DNA of 42,690 bases from an uncultured Saprospiraceae bacterium (GTDB taxonomy: Bacteria > Bacteroidota > Bacteroidia > Chitinophagales > Saprospiraceae). Positions 17,703-28,600 of the stretch are shown here, in pieces. The stretch is taken from assembly GCA_937969485.1 (NCBI GenBank), contig CALBVQ010000128.1, forward strand, positions 1 to 42,690, given 5' to 3'. Below the pieces are notes generated by a model. The model saw only the letters and a list, made by a program, of their open reading frames with translations, had not been told where the DNA came from and ran no database searches. The stretch's first letter is position 1. Every line of letters begins with the position of its first letter. A program made the translations under genes and the position numbers.

Positions 17703-19352
17703 ATGAATGATTCTATGCAAAGTTCACTTCACAAGTGGGGAATAGCAGCGATTGTTGGATGGGCGATTTTGATGCTTGTTCAAGCGTTTGCAACGCCCTT
17801 ACACATAGATGAAAGCTATTATTGGATGTATTCGAAGGATCTGGCTTGGGGTTATTTTGATCATCCTCCATTTGTCGCAGCTTTGATTTGGCTATCGGAT
17901 AAGATATTCAATGGCGTTCTAGGAGTGCGTTTTCTCTCTATAGTCTGCCAGCTGGTTACTTTCTATCTTATTTACAAGACTATTACGAAAAAGGAAAACT
18001 ATGATCAGGCATTTCTTTTGAAGTTGTTTTTAGCCTTTTGTTTACTTCCATTGAATCACATTTTTGGTTTTATTACAACTCCGGACGTACCTTTGATGCT
18101 ATCTGCAGCATTGTTTTTCTATAGTCTACGTGGGGTAGTCGAGGAGCGGGATAACGTAAGTTATTTGCTTTGGACATTGTCGATGACGATGATGTTATAT
18201 TCCAAGTATCACAGTGCCTTGGTGATCTTATTTTCTTTGATAGCTCTGCCTTCTCTGTTTAGGGATTGGAAGACATACGCGAGCGGAGGACTGGCTTTAC
18301 TGTTGTTTGTACCTCACATTTTATGGCAGTATGAACATGATTGGGTTTCGTTTGCCTATCATCTGAGTGGTCGAATAGTAGTGTACAGTTGGAGTTATCC
18401 CTTGGAATATTTAGGTAATGTACTGGTTGTTTGTAATCCTTTTTTGATTTTTTTCTTAGTGAAGATAATTAGAAATCGTTGGACAGGAGAATTCGAGCGG
18501 GCATGTTACTTTGTGTTGGTTGGGTTTCTTATGTTCTTTCTGTGGCAGAGTTTTAGGGTCCGAGTACAGCCACAATGGCTGATCGTGATATATATTCCTG
18601 CATTATTTTTGTTGCGTAGGAAGATTGAAGCTGTCTCAGTGAAAAAAGTGCTCCGCTTTTCTTTGTGGATGTTGCCACTTTTTCTAGCGCTGCGAGTATT
18701 TATGATATGGGATGTATTGCCCGAGAAATTTAATATTCATGGTATGAAGGAATACACTTCTATGATAAAGGATCATGCAGGTGATAGAGAGGTGATGTTC
18801 TATGGAAGTTACAAGCGTGCATCGATATACAGCTGGTATCAGGAGCAGGAATACACCCATTCTTATAATGGATCAATTTCTAGAAAAAATCAATACAACT
18901 TGTGGTTTCATGACAGCATTTTTTATGATAAAGATATTTATATGGTAGGAATGTACTCTCCTGGTCGAAATGCGCGTTTCTACGAGAATGGAAAGTACTA
19001 CGGCAATGTGTTGAACTATAAGCCGTGTGATAAATTGAAAATTGTTTGTAATTCTTCAAAAATTGAAAACGATAGTCTGTATAACGAAATCATTATTGAG
19101 AATCCATATGGAGATGTGATAGACTACGATGATAAGTATATTCTGGCGGTAAGATACCTGATTGATGGAAGGCTTTCCAAGGTGGTAGAGAAAGTCAAAA
19201 ACTTTAATTTAGTTAACGATCCTGACCACATATATGAAGTAAGAACAGAATTACCAAAAGACAGTTTGATAAATGGATTTACCTATATTATTCGTCATGA
19301 GAATCTTCCATATTCTCCGATTTACAAAAAGTATCAATTACCTTTAGAATAG
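17703..19352 (+). CDS. GT39/ArnT-like membrane glycosyltransferase
   Basis: 549-aa polytopic ORF. The first periplasmic loop, DESYYWMYSKDLAWGYFDHPP, is typical of the PMT_2/ArnT family. The C-terminal ~200 aa is a soluble domain. Confidence 0.8.
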   Translation: MNDSMQSSLHKWGIAAIVGWAILMLVQAFATPLHIDESYYWMYSKDLAWGYFDHPPFVAALIWLSDKIFNGVLGVRFLSIVCQLVTFYLIYKTITKKENYDQAFLLKLFLAFCLLPLNHIFGFITTPDVPLMLSAALFFYSLRGVVEERDNVSYLLWTLSMTMMLYSKYHSALVILFSLIALPSLFRDWKTYASGGLALLLFVPHILWQYEHDWVSFAYHLSGRIVVYSWSYPLEYLGNVLVVCNPFLIFFLVKIIRNRWTGEFERACYFVLVGFLMFFLWQSFRVRVQPQWLIVIYIPALFLLRRKIEAVSVKKVLRFSLWMLPLFLALRVFMIWDVLPEKFNIHGMKEYTSMIKDHAGDREVMFYGSYKRASIYSWYQEQEYTHSYNGSISRKNQYNLWFHDSIFYDKDIYMVGMYSPGRNARFYENGKYYGNVLNYKPCDKLKIVCNSSKIENDSLYNEIIIENPYGDVIDYDDKYILAVRYLIDGRLSKVVEKVKNFNLVNDPDHIYEVRTELPKDSLINGFTYIIRHENLPYSPIYKKYQLPLE

Positions 19353-19975
19353 CAAAACATAGTTTTTACAGCGACTACTACGAGCATAATAAGGCAACAA
19401 ACTTTGGTTTGTCGGACATCAATATCACAAAGTGAAATCTGTATTATACGGCAGGTTTTCGTAATGCGAGCTGGAACCCCAAATATGACTTAGAAAATTT
19501 ATTACCTCTTGAATGACAGGCTAAATATAGTGCATCGCTAATTTTTACTCCATCAGTATAGAGGTGCTAGGTCTCATTCATGAAAACTCATATTTTATTG
19601 CTGATTCAAGTCTTATTACAAAGTTTTAACTAATAAATAGGGTTAAAATTTAAAGAGAATGAGAGCTCAGCAGTTCTCTTGAATCGCAGACGTGGTCACC
19701 AAGTCGGTGAGGATCAAAAGAGTTGGCCGTTGCCATTATTGAAGTAGTATGAGAATGTAATAAATGCATATTTCGTGTTTCACACATATATCATTTTTGA
19801 ATACCACCAAAAATGCTAGTGATGAAAATGATGAGATCAAGGTTTGTGCGATCGATCTAGAGAAGACAAAGAGGGCCAGAAACGGAGACGGGATGCGCTG
19901 ATAGTGCTAGCTGTTGTGGATGAACGACAGAACTTTATGTAGTCAAGAAATTGGCGTTATAGCTGAAATACGAAA

Positions 19976-20002
19976 AGACCCGAAACTTGATGTTTCGGGT
20001 CT
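19976..20002 (-). terminator. Rho-independent terminator of the 1681-aa gene
   Basis: A perfect 11-bp stem, AGACCCGAAAC (19976-19986) / GTTTCGGGTCT (19992-20002), with a 5-nt loop. On the minus strand it is followed by TTTTCG. It lies 74 nt past the stop. Confidence 0.75.
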
Positions 20003-20075
20003 GCATGTACGATGAAGTAATTCTGTTTAATAGGAATTGCCTTGAATTTGCATAATAGTTCAACAAGCTCAAATG

Positions 20076-23000
20076 CTATTTTATCTTAACCATTCTGGTG
20101 ATTTTTACTGAATCTCCTGATATAGTACGAACAAAGTAGATTCCACTACTGTACTCCTCTACATTCACTTTAATCATCTCACCCTCTTTGCCTGTAGTAC
20201 TGCTCATGTTTCTACCTGCTTGATTGAATATTGTAACTTCAGCCTTGCTAGTCGGTAATTCCTTCAGCTCTATATAAAGCATCTCTGCTGTAGGATTTGG
20301 ATAGAGTCTAAGGCTAATAGGGTTTTCTGGAACTAATCCACCATCACAAGCCTCTCCAGTTAATCTTATAACAGTAAGTGGGTTGGAAAGAGAGAAGCAT
20401 CCATCAAGGTTTTCCGTGTTCATGCCTGTTTCAAGGCCTAGGAGACTTTCGTCAAAAGATATATTCCAGATTTGACATACTCCTTCACCTGCACCATCAA
20501 GATCAAATGGTGGAGATTGAGGAAGTTCCAAGATTAGTCCCATAGTATCTGTGATCACCCATTGCATGCTATCTCCTACATTATCAAGTAAATCTACCAA
20601 AAGCGGATCTGGGATACCGTCTCCCGCACAAATGGTAACTTCAACTGTTCCATCTTCAAATGTCAATGCCCCTCCTTCAACGTTACATAGTAATTCGTCA
20701 CAATCGGAACCCGTAACACGTTCTACTACAATAGGGTTTGATAGGTCATGACAACCTTCAATATCATTGGCATTTGACCCAAGTTCAGCACCTGTGATCT
20801 CGCCGATGGTTGAAACATTCCATATTAAACAAACACCTTCTCCCGCATCTTCAAGATCAAATGGGGGCGCTGTTGGCAAAGCAATTATCATACCTGTAGG
20901 GTCAGTTATCACCCAAAACATACTATCTCCAGATGCATTTGTTAATGCTACCTCGAGAGGATTTGGAATTCCATCACCTGCACAAATAATTATATTTGTC
21001 TCTCCATCTTCTAGTGCAAGATTACCTCCTTGTGCCTCACAACCTATCTGGTCGCATTCGTCTCCTGAAACTCTGACTACCGAAATTGAATTACTTAAGT
21101 CGTAACATCCTACAATATCGTTTGCATTCATTCCTACTTCTGCTCCGGTGATCATCCCGTCATATGTCAGGTTCCAGATCAGGCATATTCCACTGCCTGC
21201 TCCTTCCAAGTTAAATGGTGGCGCCGTAGGTAATTCAAGGATCAATCCACTAGCATCTGTTATCAACCACTGGGAATTTTCGCCCATTTCACCAGTCAAG
21301 TTAACATCAAGCAGATCATCGATTCCTTCTCCTACACATATAGTTGTAGTTACTGTACTGTCTGCAAAGGTCAACGAGCCTCCTTCTGCTTCACAATCTA
21401 TTAAAAGACAATCATCATCTTCATAACGCTGAACTGAAATTTGATTTGAAAGGTCAGTACATCCTCCGATGTTATTCGCATTCAGTCCCACCTCAAGTCC
21501 CGTAATTTCACCTGTTGAACTTAAATTCCATATTAGACATAAGCCAGGTCCAGCTCCTTCCAAGTCGAAAGGTGGAGCAGTAGGTAATTCTAAAATAGTA
21601 CCATTCGCATCTGTTATTACCCATGTCATTGAATCACCTACTGCATCGGTTAAAATTACATCTATAGGATCGGCAATTCCGTCTCCCGCACATATTTCAA
21701 TACTCATTTCTCCTTCTGCTGTTGTCAATAAGCCTCCAGCTACATCACAACCAATATTATCACAAGCTGGGCCGGATAATCTCGTAACCGAAATAGGATT
21801 CGACAAGTCGAAACATCCTTCAAGGTCATTGGCATTCAATCCTATTTCTGCTCCTACCAGGCCATCTTCGAACGATAAATGCCATATTAGACATATGCCC
21901 TCGTCGGCATTCTCGAAGTCAAATGGAGGACCCGCCGGTAAGTCTAAGATTACACCTGACACGTTTGTTACCACCCATGCACTGTTTGTTCCCATTTCAC
22001 CGTCTAAGACTACATTTAGCAAGTCTGGAATACTATCTCCCACACATATCTCAATAGCAAAACTTCCATCTTCGTAGGTTAAGTCTCCACCGTCCACATC
22101 ACAATTCAATCCTTCACAATCCTCTCCAGTAACCTTATCGACTGTCAAGGCATTAGATAAATCGTAACATCCATCTAGATCTGTTACATTGTTTCCTACT
22201 GCCGCGCCTTCTAAGCCGTCTTCGAATGCTAAGTGCCATATCAAACATGTTCCCTCAGCGAAGTTTTCAAGATCAAATGGAGGGGTGCTTGGAAGGTCGA
22301 GAATATTAGCGTCAGTGTCTGTAATTACAAATACTGAATTTGGTCCACTTTCTCCAGTCAATATTACTTCAAGTGGATCGGGGATGCCGTCACCTACACA
22401 GATGGTTGTATTCAAAGTTCCATCTGCAAAAGTAAGCTCACCGCCCTCTGCTTCGCATAGAACAATTTCACAATTATCACCAATTAACCTTGTTACAGTA
22501 ATGGGATTTGATAGCTCATAGCATCCATCCAAGTTATTGGTATTAGACATCAATTCAAGCCCTTCAATTACGCCGTTGTACGAAAGATTCCACACAAAAC
22601 AAACTCCGCCGCCTGCACCTTCTAAATCAAAGGGTGGAGCCATAGGTAAACCCAAAATGATTCCAGTTCCATCTGTTATTACCCATTGATTAAATTCTCC
22701 TACAGTTCCTGTTAGCTCCACATCAAAAGCATCACTTTCACCATCATCTGCGCATATTGTTAATTGTGTTTCACCTTCGATGGTTGTCAATTCACCTCCT
22801 TCAACCTCTTCTCTTATTACAGTAAGAGGATTGGATAAATCACTACAACCTACTATATCATTAGCATTCAGTCCTTCTTCGACTCCTTCTATTGTCCCAC
22901 TAAACCCCAAATGCCATATAAGACATGTTCCTGGACCTGCACCTTCTAAATCGAAAGGTGGATTATTTGGTAGAGCCAGAATGATGCCATCACTGTCTGT

Positions 23001-25121
23001 GATCACCCATACAGAAGATTCTCCTGCTTCACCAGTTAAGGTAACATCTAAAGGGGTTGAAATGTCATCCCCTAAACATATTTGAACTTCTGTAGTCTCG
23101 TCTGCAAAGGTCAGTTCGCCTCCTTTCGCTTCATTTCGAAACACGGTTAGAGGGTTCGATAAATCAAAACATCCTTCTAAATCACCTGCGTTCATACCTA
23201 CTTCTGCACCTGTCAAGCCATCGGAAAAAGCTAGATGCCATATTAAACAAGTTCCTGCACCAGCACCTTCAAGGTCAAATGGGGGAGCAGTTGGTAAATC
23301 AAGTATTGTCGCACTTGCATCTGTAATTACCCACGCCATATTATCTCCTAGACTTCCTGTCAATTCTACATTTAAAGCGTCGGAAATACCATCTCCTGCA
23401 CATATCTCTATTTCTGTTCCACCTCCTTCAAATGCTAGATCACCACCTTGTGCAATATTTCTCACTACTGTTAAGGGATTGGATAGTTCAAAACAACCTG
23501 ATAAATCATTCGCATTCATCCCTAGTTCTGCTCCTTCTAAACCATCGTAAAACGATAAATTCCATATCAAACAAGTACCTTCCCCAGCTTCCTCCAGATC
23601 AAATGGTGGTGCCATTGGTAATCCCAATATTACTCCATCCGTATCAGTGATCACCCAAGCCATACTATCTCCTTCAGCAGCTACTAACTCCACCTCAAGT
23701 GGATCAGCATCTCCATCCAATGCACATATTGTAGTCTCCTCGGAGCCATCTGCGAAGGTCAAAACCCCACCTGTTGCTTGATTTCTTACAACTGTCACGG
23801 GGTTCGAAAGATCGAAACATCCTTCAAGGTCATTTGCATTCATGCCTACTGCTGCGCCTTCAAGTCCATCAGCAAATGATAGATTCCATATTAAACATGT
23901 ACCTCCTCCTGCTTCATCTAAATCAAAAGGTGGAGCTGCAGGCAAACCAAGAATGTTTCCATCTGTATCAGTGATCACCCACGCCGAATTATCACCGATA
24001 TTTCCTGTCAACTCTACATTAAGTGGGTCTGCAATTCCATCTCCTGCACATATTTCTATTTCTGTGGCTCCTCCTTCGAGAGAAAGTTCACCTCCTGCGA
24101 CACCATCTCGTGTCACAGTGATAGGATTCGAAAGATCGTAGCTACCCATTAAATCCGCTGCATTTAGTCCTACCTCAGCACCCACTAATCCATCGGCAAA
24201 GGCTAAGTGCCAAATAACACATACACCTTCACCAGCTTCTTCAAAATTGAAAGGCGGTCCTGCGGGTAATTCCAAAATTACTCCATCTGCGTCAGTTATA
24301 ACCCACTGAAAATTTTGACCTATTTGTCCACTGAGGTCTGTTTCTATCGAATCATCAGCACCATCACCTGAACAGATTGTCAATTCAGTTTCTCCGTTTG
24401 TAGTACTAATTGTTCCTCCATTAACAGGGTCACATCCTGCAAAAACCTCGACCTGATCTATATCCCAAGCTGCAACAAATGCGCCATTTCCTATAGGACA
24501 GTATGGCAAAAGCTCGAAATTAAATATCGTACTTTCGCTAACAATAAATTCAGGAATATCAGCAAATGTAAAGATCTCCTGGTTCCATGATTGCTCAGTA
24601 GGAATTCCACTTTGCTCATATATTACCTCACCATTAATGAGTACTCGAATACCATATAGAGTAGGGTAGTTATTATCGCCTTCACCTCCATTTATCCAGT
24701 CGAAACTTTCAGGAGCGTTTTCAAAGAAGCGTAATTCGGTCAACGTAGCAGTCATGTTTTCGCTTGGTTCCAGAGTGATGTCGAAACGTATGCTTTTGTC
24801 ACTTCCGGCATCAAAATCACACCCCAGGTCTATGCCTACACACATTGCAATACCTTCATCTACACCAGGTGTACATGAGTGCATATTCTCAGTTGGATTT
24901 AATCGATAAAGATTGTTTCCCTCAATACCTAGTGTTGCGCATTCAGATGTATTTTCTATGGTTGCTGTAAATTCTGAGTAATCAGAAGCTGAACCTGCTG
25001 AGCCACTATTAGAGAAACAATTTTCAAGATCGAATAGTAGGGATGATTCGTCTTCACTTTGGGCGAAAGCCCCTGCATAAATAAGAGAAATCAATAGTAG
25101 GAGTAAACTTTGCTTAAGCAT
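20076..25121 (-). CDS. Giant secreted repeat protein: signal peptide, ~210-aa N-terminal domain, 12 tandem 108/118-aa Cys-containing domains, and a T9SS type A CTD
   Basis: 1681-aa ORF. The signal peptide ends in AGAFAQ. The repeat consensus is GG.LT...G.TE..ICAGDGI.DPL.V.LTG..GD...WVITD..G.IL.LP..PPFDLE.AG.G.CLIW.LSF.DGL.GAEVG.NANDL.GC.DLSNP.TV.R. The CTD reads LRLYPNPTAEMLYIEL...GIYFVRTISGD...RMVKIK. Confidence 0.9.
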   Translation of the reverse strand: MLKQSLLLLLISLIYAGAFAQSEDESSLLFDLENCFSNSGSAGSASDYSEFTATIENTSECATLGIEGNNLYRLNPTENMHSCTPGVDEGIAMCVGIDLGCDFDAGSDKSIRFDITLEPSENMTATLTELRFFENAPESFDWINGGEGDNNYPTLYGIRVLINGEVIYEQSGIPTEQSWNQEIFTFADIPEFIVSESTIFNFELLPYCPIGNGAFVAAWDIDQVEVFAGCDPVNGGTISTTNGETELTICSGDGADDSIETDLSGQIGQNFQWVITDADGVILELPAGPPFNFEEAGEGVCVIWHLAFADGLVGAEVGLNAADLMGSYDLSNPITVTRDGVAGGELSLEGGATEIEICAGDGIADPLNVELTGNIGDNSAWVITDTDGNILGLPAAPPFDLDEAGGGTCLIWNLSFADGLEGAAVGMNANDLEGCFDLSNPVTVVRNQATGGVLTFADGSEETTICALDGDADPLEVELVAAEGDSMAWVITDTDGVILGLPMAPPFDLEEAGEGTCLIWNLSFYDGLEGAELGMNANDLSGCFELSNPLTVVRNIAQGGDLAFEGGGTEIEICAGDGISDALNVELTGSLGDNMAWVITDASATILDLPTAPPFDLEGAGAGTCLIWHLAFSDGLTGAEVGMNAGDLEGCFDLSNPLTVFRNEAKGGELTFADETTEVQICLGDDISTPLDVTLTGEAGESSVWVITDSDGIILALPNNPPFDLEGAGPGTCLIWHLGFSGTIEGVEEGLNANDIVGCSDLSNPLTVIREEVEGGELTTIEGETQLTICADDGESDAFDVELTGTVGEFNQWVITDGTGIILGLPMAPPFDLEGAGGGVCFVWNLSYNGVIEGLELMSNTNNLDGCYELSNPITVTRLIGDNCEIVLCEAEGGELTFADGTLNTTICVGDGIPDPLEVILTGESGPNSVFVITDTDANILDLPSTPPFDLENFAEGTCLIWHLAFEDGLEGAAVGNNVTDLDGCYDLSNALTVDKVTGEDCEGLNCDVDGGDLTYEDGSFAIEICVGDSIPDLLNVVLDGEMGTNSAWVVTNVSGVILDLPAGPPFDFENADEGICLIWHLSFEDGLVGAEIGLNANDLEGCFDLSNPISVTRLSGPACDNIGCDVAGGLLTTAEGEMSIEICAGDGIADPIDVILTDAVGDSMTWVITDANGTILELPTAPPFDLEGAGPGLCLIWNLSSTGEITGLEVGLNANNIGGCTDLSNQISVQRYEDDDCLLIDCEAEGGSLTFADSTVTTTICVGEGIDDLLDVNLTGEMGENSQWLITDASGLILELPTAPPFNLEGAGSGICLIWNLTYDGMITGAEVGMNANDIVGCYDLSNSISVVRVSGDECDQIGCEAQGGNLALEDGETNIIICAGDGIPNPLEVALTNASGDSMFWVITDPTGMIIALPTAPPFDLEDAGEGVCLIWNVSTIGEITGAELGSNANDIEGCHDLSNPIVVERVTGSDCDELLCNVEGGALTFEDGTVEVTICAGDGIPDPLLVDLLDNVGDSMQWVITDTMGLILELPQSPPFDLDGAGEGVCQIWNISFDESLLGLETGMNTENLDGCFSLSNPLTVIRLTGEACDGGLVPENPISLRLYPNPTAEMLYIELKELPTSKAEVTIFNQAGRNMSSTTGKEGEMIKVNVEEYSSGIYFVRTISGDSVKITRMVKIK
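20343..24431 (-). repeat. 12 in-frame tandem coding repeats inside the 1681-aa gene
   Basis: The conserved PPF(D/N)(L/F)-coding segment recurs on the plus strand at about 20501, 20861, 21211, 21565, 21921, 22271, 22627, 22951, 23277, 23601, 23927 and 24249. The period is ~354 bp for the six C-terminal copies and ~324 bp for the six N-terminal copies. The copies are diverged at the nucleotide level. Confidence 0.9.
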
Positions 25122-25591
25122 AGATTAAGTTTTGTTTTGATGGCAAGCATCAATGATTAACAATCGCCATTTATAGCGCAGAAATAATAGTTGTAAACAA
25201 GAGAGAAAGCACTTGAAAAAAGCCTTAGACACGATAGAGATTTTGTGTCTAGTAGTAAATCGGTTTGGTTCTTTATTGAGCATAATTTGGGTTTATCTCA
25301 ATGGGAAGATTCCCTAAGTTACGAATTTGTTGTCTTAGTACAATGTAATAAATATGACGTTTTGAAGCAATTGGGTGAATATCGATTGCCAATGACGGTT
25401 AGTTGCCATGTTAAGTTCGTTTTTTTACGACTTAGTTGGCGCAATGTATTCGATAATTTATTGGTAACAGCCTAGTATGCAGCACTCAATGTAGGGTATT
25501 TGACTTCCGTCAAAAGAAAGCTAAGTTGTTAATGGCGGGTTTTCTGCTGATATGAATGATCTGTTTTTATTATGGCAAACAGCAAAGTTCC

Positions 25592-25627
25592 AAAAAAAAA
25601 GAGCCGATCAAATGTGATCAGCTCTTT
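25592..25627 (-). terminator. Rho-independent terminator of the 1348-aa gene
   Basis: Stem AAAGAGCCGATCA (25598-25610) / TGATCAGCTCTTT (25615-25627) with 1 mismatch and a 4-nt loop. On the minus strand it is followed by T9 (complement of A-run 25592-25600). It starts 10 nt past the stop. Confidence 0.85.
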
Positions 25628-25636
25628 TACGTTTTC

Positions 25637-28600
25637 TTATTTCAATAGAAGCAAGTCTCCTTCGTATTTCCTTGTATTCCCGTCGGGATACCTCATTTCA
25701 ATATAGAACATGTAGGTTCCTCCAGGTTGCTCTACATCGTTGAATGTTCCATCCCATCCAGTCTCCACAGCACATTCAAAAGTTTCACAATTATAGACTC
25801 GTTGCCCCCATCTATTAAAGACTCTGAATGCAAGAATTTCTACAGATGATAATCCTTCTCCTTTGTCAACAATTCTGAAAAAATCGTTATTTCCATCATT
25901 GTTACCAGGTGAAAAGGCATCCGGAATGGCAAACCTACTTTCAGCACATATTTCGGTAGTAACCATACTAGTGCAACCCATAAGATCTGTCACTCTCCAT
26001 GAATACAAGAATGTCTCGCTACTTCCACTTCCATCATCTCCGGGAAGCATGATTACTATGCTGTCTTGATTAGTGAACTCTTCTAGTAGTTCATCTCCAA
26101 GAAACCACTCTACAATAGTACCTTCGGGTAATTCTGGATTCCAATTCGCTGTTAATGTGAGGATATCACCAAAGAAGTTACAATCGAGCTTAGGTGTAGT
26201 AATAATATTTCCTGAATAGCGAATTACAGTAACTTCTGCCATCGCGCTAGTTGGACATCCATCTGCATCAACTTCGACTTCGACTGTTGTGGAATTCTGC
26301 ACGTTGTTCAGTGTTGTAGATTCACAATCATCACATGTAAAGGTACCGCTTCCACTTGACCATTCAATATTTTCTAGTTCAAATTCACTAGCTAATTCGA
26401 AATCGACACTTTCACCTTGACATATTGTTGCTTCTTCGATATTGAGTGTAATACTAGGATCTATCACGGTAATTTCAAAGGTATCCATCGCCGTACATGC
26501 TCCATTCACAGTCGTACGAATGTAGGTGGTACTCTCTACGGCAGCTAACCCTACATTGTAGTCATTCTGACTGTCATCTTGGAAGCCAGTAGTAGGAGAC
26601 CAAGTATGCATGATGTTAGGGAACTGGTAATCTTTGTATCCCGGAGAAGTGAAGGTTATTATTTCATCCTTACAATATGGATTTCTTTCTGGGATTGCTG
26701 TTATTTCCATGTTAGGCAATGAATCGACATATACTGTTATCGAGTCGGCTGTCATACATGCTCCATTGTCTGCAATCACTTTATATTCAGTAGTAATAGC
26801 AGGGTTAACTTCTGCACTACCACCATTTGCATTTATGCTATCTGCTTCAACCCACGTTATGATTGCATCAGTAGGGTTAGATAATGTGGTTAAATCTAAG
26901 GTCTCACCTAGACAAATTCTCACTGAATCACCTTGGTTGATCGAAATCTCGTTCGGTATTACTTCTATTGAATAGTTCAAGGTGTCGCTACAAAACATAC
27001 TTGGACTCGATGTGATAACCTGATAATCTATAGATTCGTCAGCAATCACTTCTGTGAATGGATCCTCAGGATCTATAACATTGTCTTCAGGATCAATCGA
27101 GAAGCTTGTACCATATATGAAAGCAAACTGATTTAAAGGGAACTGCTCTCCTTGACACACCATCGTGTCTGAAAAAATAGGAGTTAAGGCATCATAGGGA
27201 TCAACTTGCACTATCACTGTGTCACTAGCAATACAACCGCCTAGTTCCACAGACACTGAGACCTGAAATTCAGAACCTACAAAGCCAAATGTTGGTGTCC
27301 AAGTTGTAATTTGCGCATTAGGATCATCGACCTGTTGAAAATTGTTGAGAATTACCCATGTCAAATTGCTATTATTAACATTATTTATCGCTGTGAATGT
27401 AATTTCTTCTCCTTCGCATATTTGCAAATCATCAGTCTTGATACTCACCATTGGTTCTACCAAATTAATGTAGATACTATCCATGCCAATGCATTCAGGT
27501 GATGTGAAGGGATCGATCTTACCCTCTACATAAACCCATCCTTCGAAACCAGCATTTACTACTGGGTTACTGATAAAAGGATTGTCAAATGCATTAAAAG
27601 GTGACCATAGGTACGAGGTTGCACCAGAAGCCATCAACTGGGTAGGTGAATCGCTACAAGCAATCAACGAATCTTGCTCTGTTTCAATCTCTACTAGAAT
27701 GTTTTCACGTATCGGAATCACAAGTTCGGATATTAAAATATCTCCGCAACCAAAGTTCCGGAACATACTAATAGTAACCGTTTCATCGCCTTCAGTGATG
27801 TCGTCATTGAACACTTCTATTGGAAACTTCAAGATAGTCTGACCAACTCCAAAAGTGATGGTGTCTGGAATATCAAAGATATAATCATCTGGCTCTGTTG
27901 CTGTACCTCCAATTGTAATTGTGTAGCTTGTTTCTTCTGGCAGTGCTTCATCTAACTCAATAATTACGGTGTCATTTGAAGCTGCCAAACACTTTTCTAC
28001 GAAATAATCTAATCCAGAAACGAACTGTGTTTGAATTTCTGGAGTCCCAGATCGTATTTCAGAGATAAATACACCACTATCAAAACTTCCATCACCTCTA
28101 TCCGCAATTGCAAATTTCAAGTGATAGGTCGAACAAGGCATAACAACCGCTGAAGCAGTTAGTGACTTCTTATCTCCTAAGAAACCAGATGTTAGTCCGT
28201 CATATTCCACACTCACGCCATTATTATTGTCTCGGTAGTATTCCCAATTTTGAAGATTATTTACTGAGTTGATTTGAATAGGAGTAGTTGAACCTGGAAT
28301 AACGGCCATGTTTTCTTGATTATTCAAATCTACAATCCCATCAATTCCTGGACCACTGATCAATAAAGCGAAAATATCATTGAAATTTGAATTCACAAAT
28401 TCTGGATATTCTTCAGATCCAAATATGTATTCAAATTCTAGTTTATCTGCAAAAACGGTTACATCAACTTCAACCACGCAGGCATCCTGTGAACTATTAT
28501 TGTTTCCAAAGAGCTCTGAAAGCACATCTAGGTCATCATCCCCTGAAGCTCCATTATTAGTTCCAGCACTGCCTGAATTGTTTGGACCTATGGCATTGTC

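Noticed and set aside
20551-24141. A series of plus-strand ORFs of 66-202 aa (for example 21469..22077 and 20767..21105) inside the 1681-aa gene
   Set aside because: They are antisense shadow frames of a long, repeat-rich minus-strand gene. They repeat with the same periodicity, are rich in S/P/A and have no independent motifs or start contexts.
20343-24431. Regular ~324/354-bp periodicity that could suggest a CRISPR array or satellite
   Set aside because: The repeats lie in frame within one uninterrupted 5-kb ORF, are diverged at the DNA level and have no unique spacers. They are protein-domain repeats.
25245-25475. A 76-aa plus-strand ORF in the spacer between the two giant genes
   Set aside because: It has a GTG start embedded in a hairpin stem, no recognisable motifs and an odd composition. 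It is probably non-coding.
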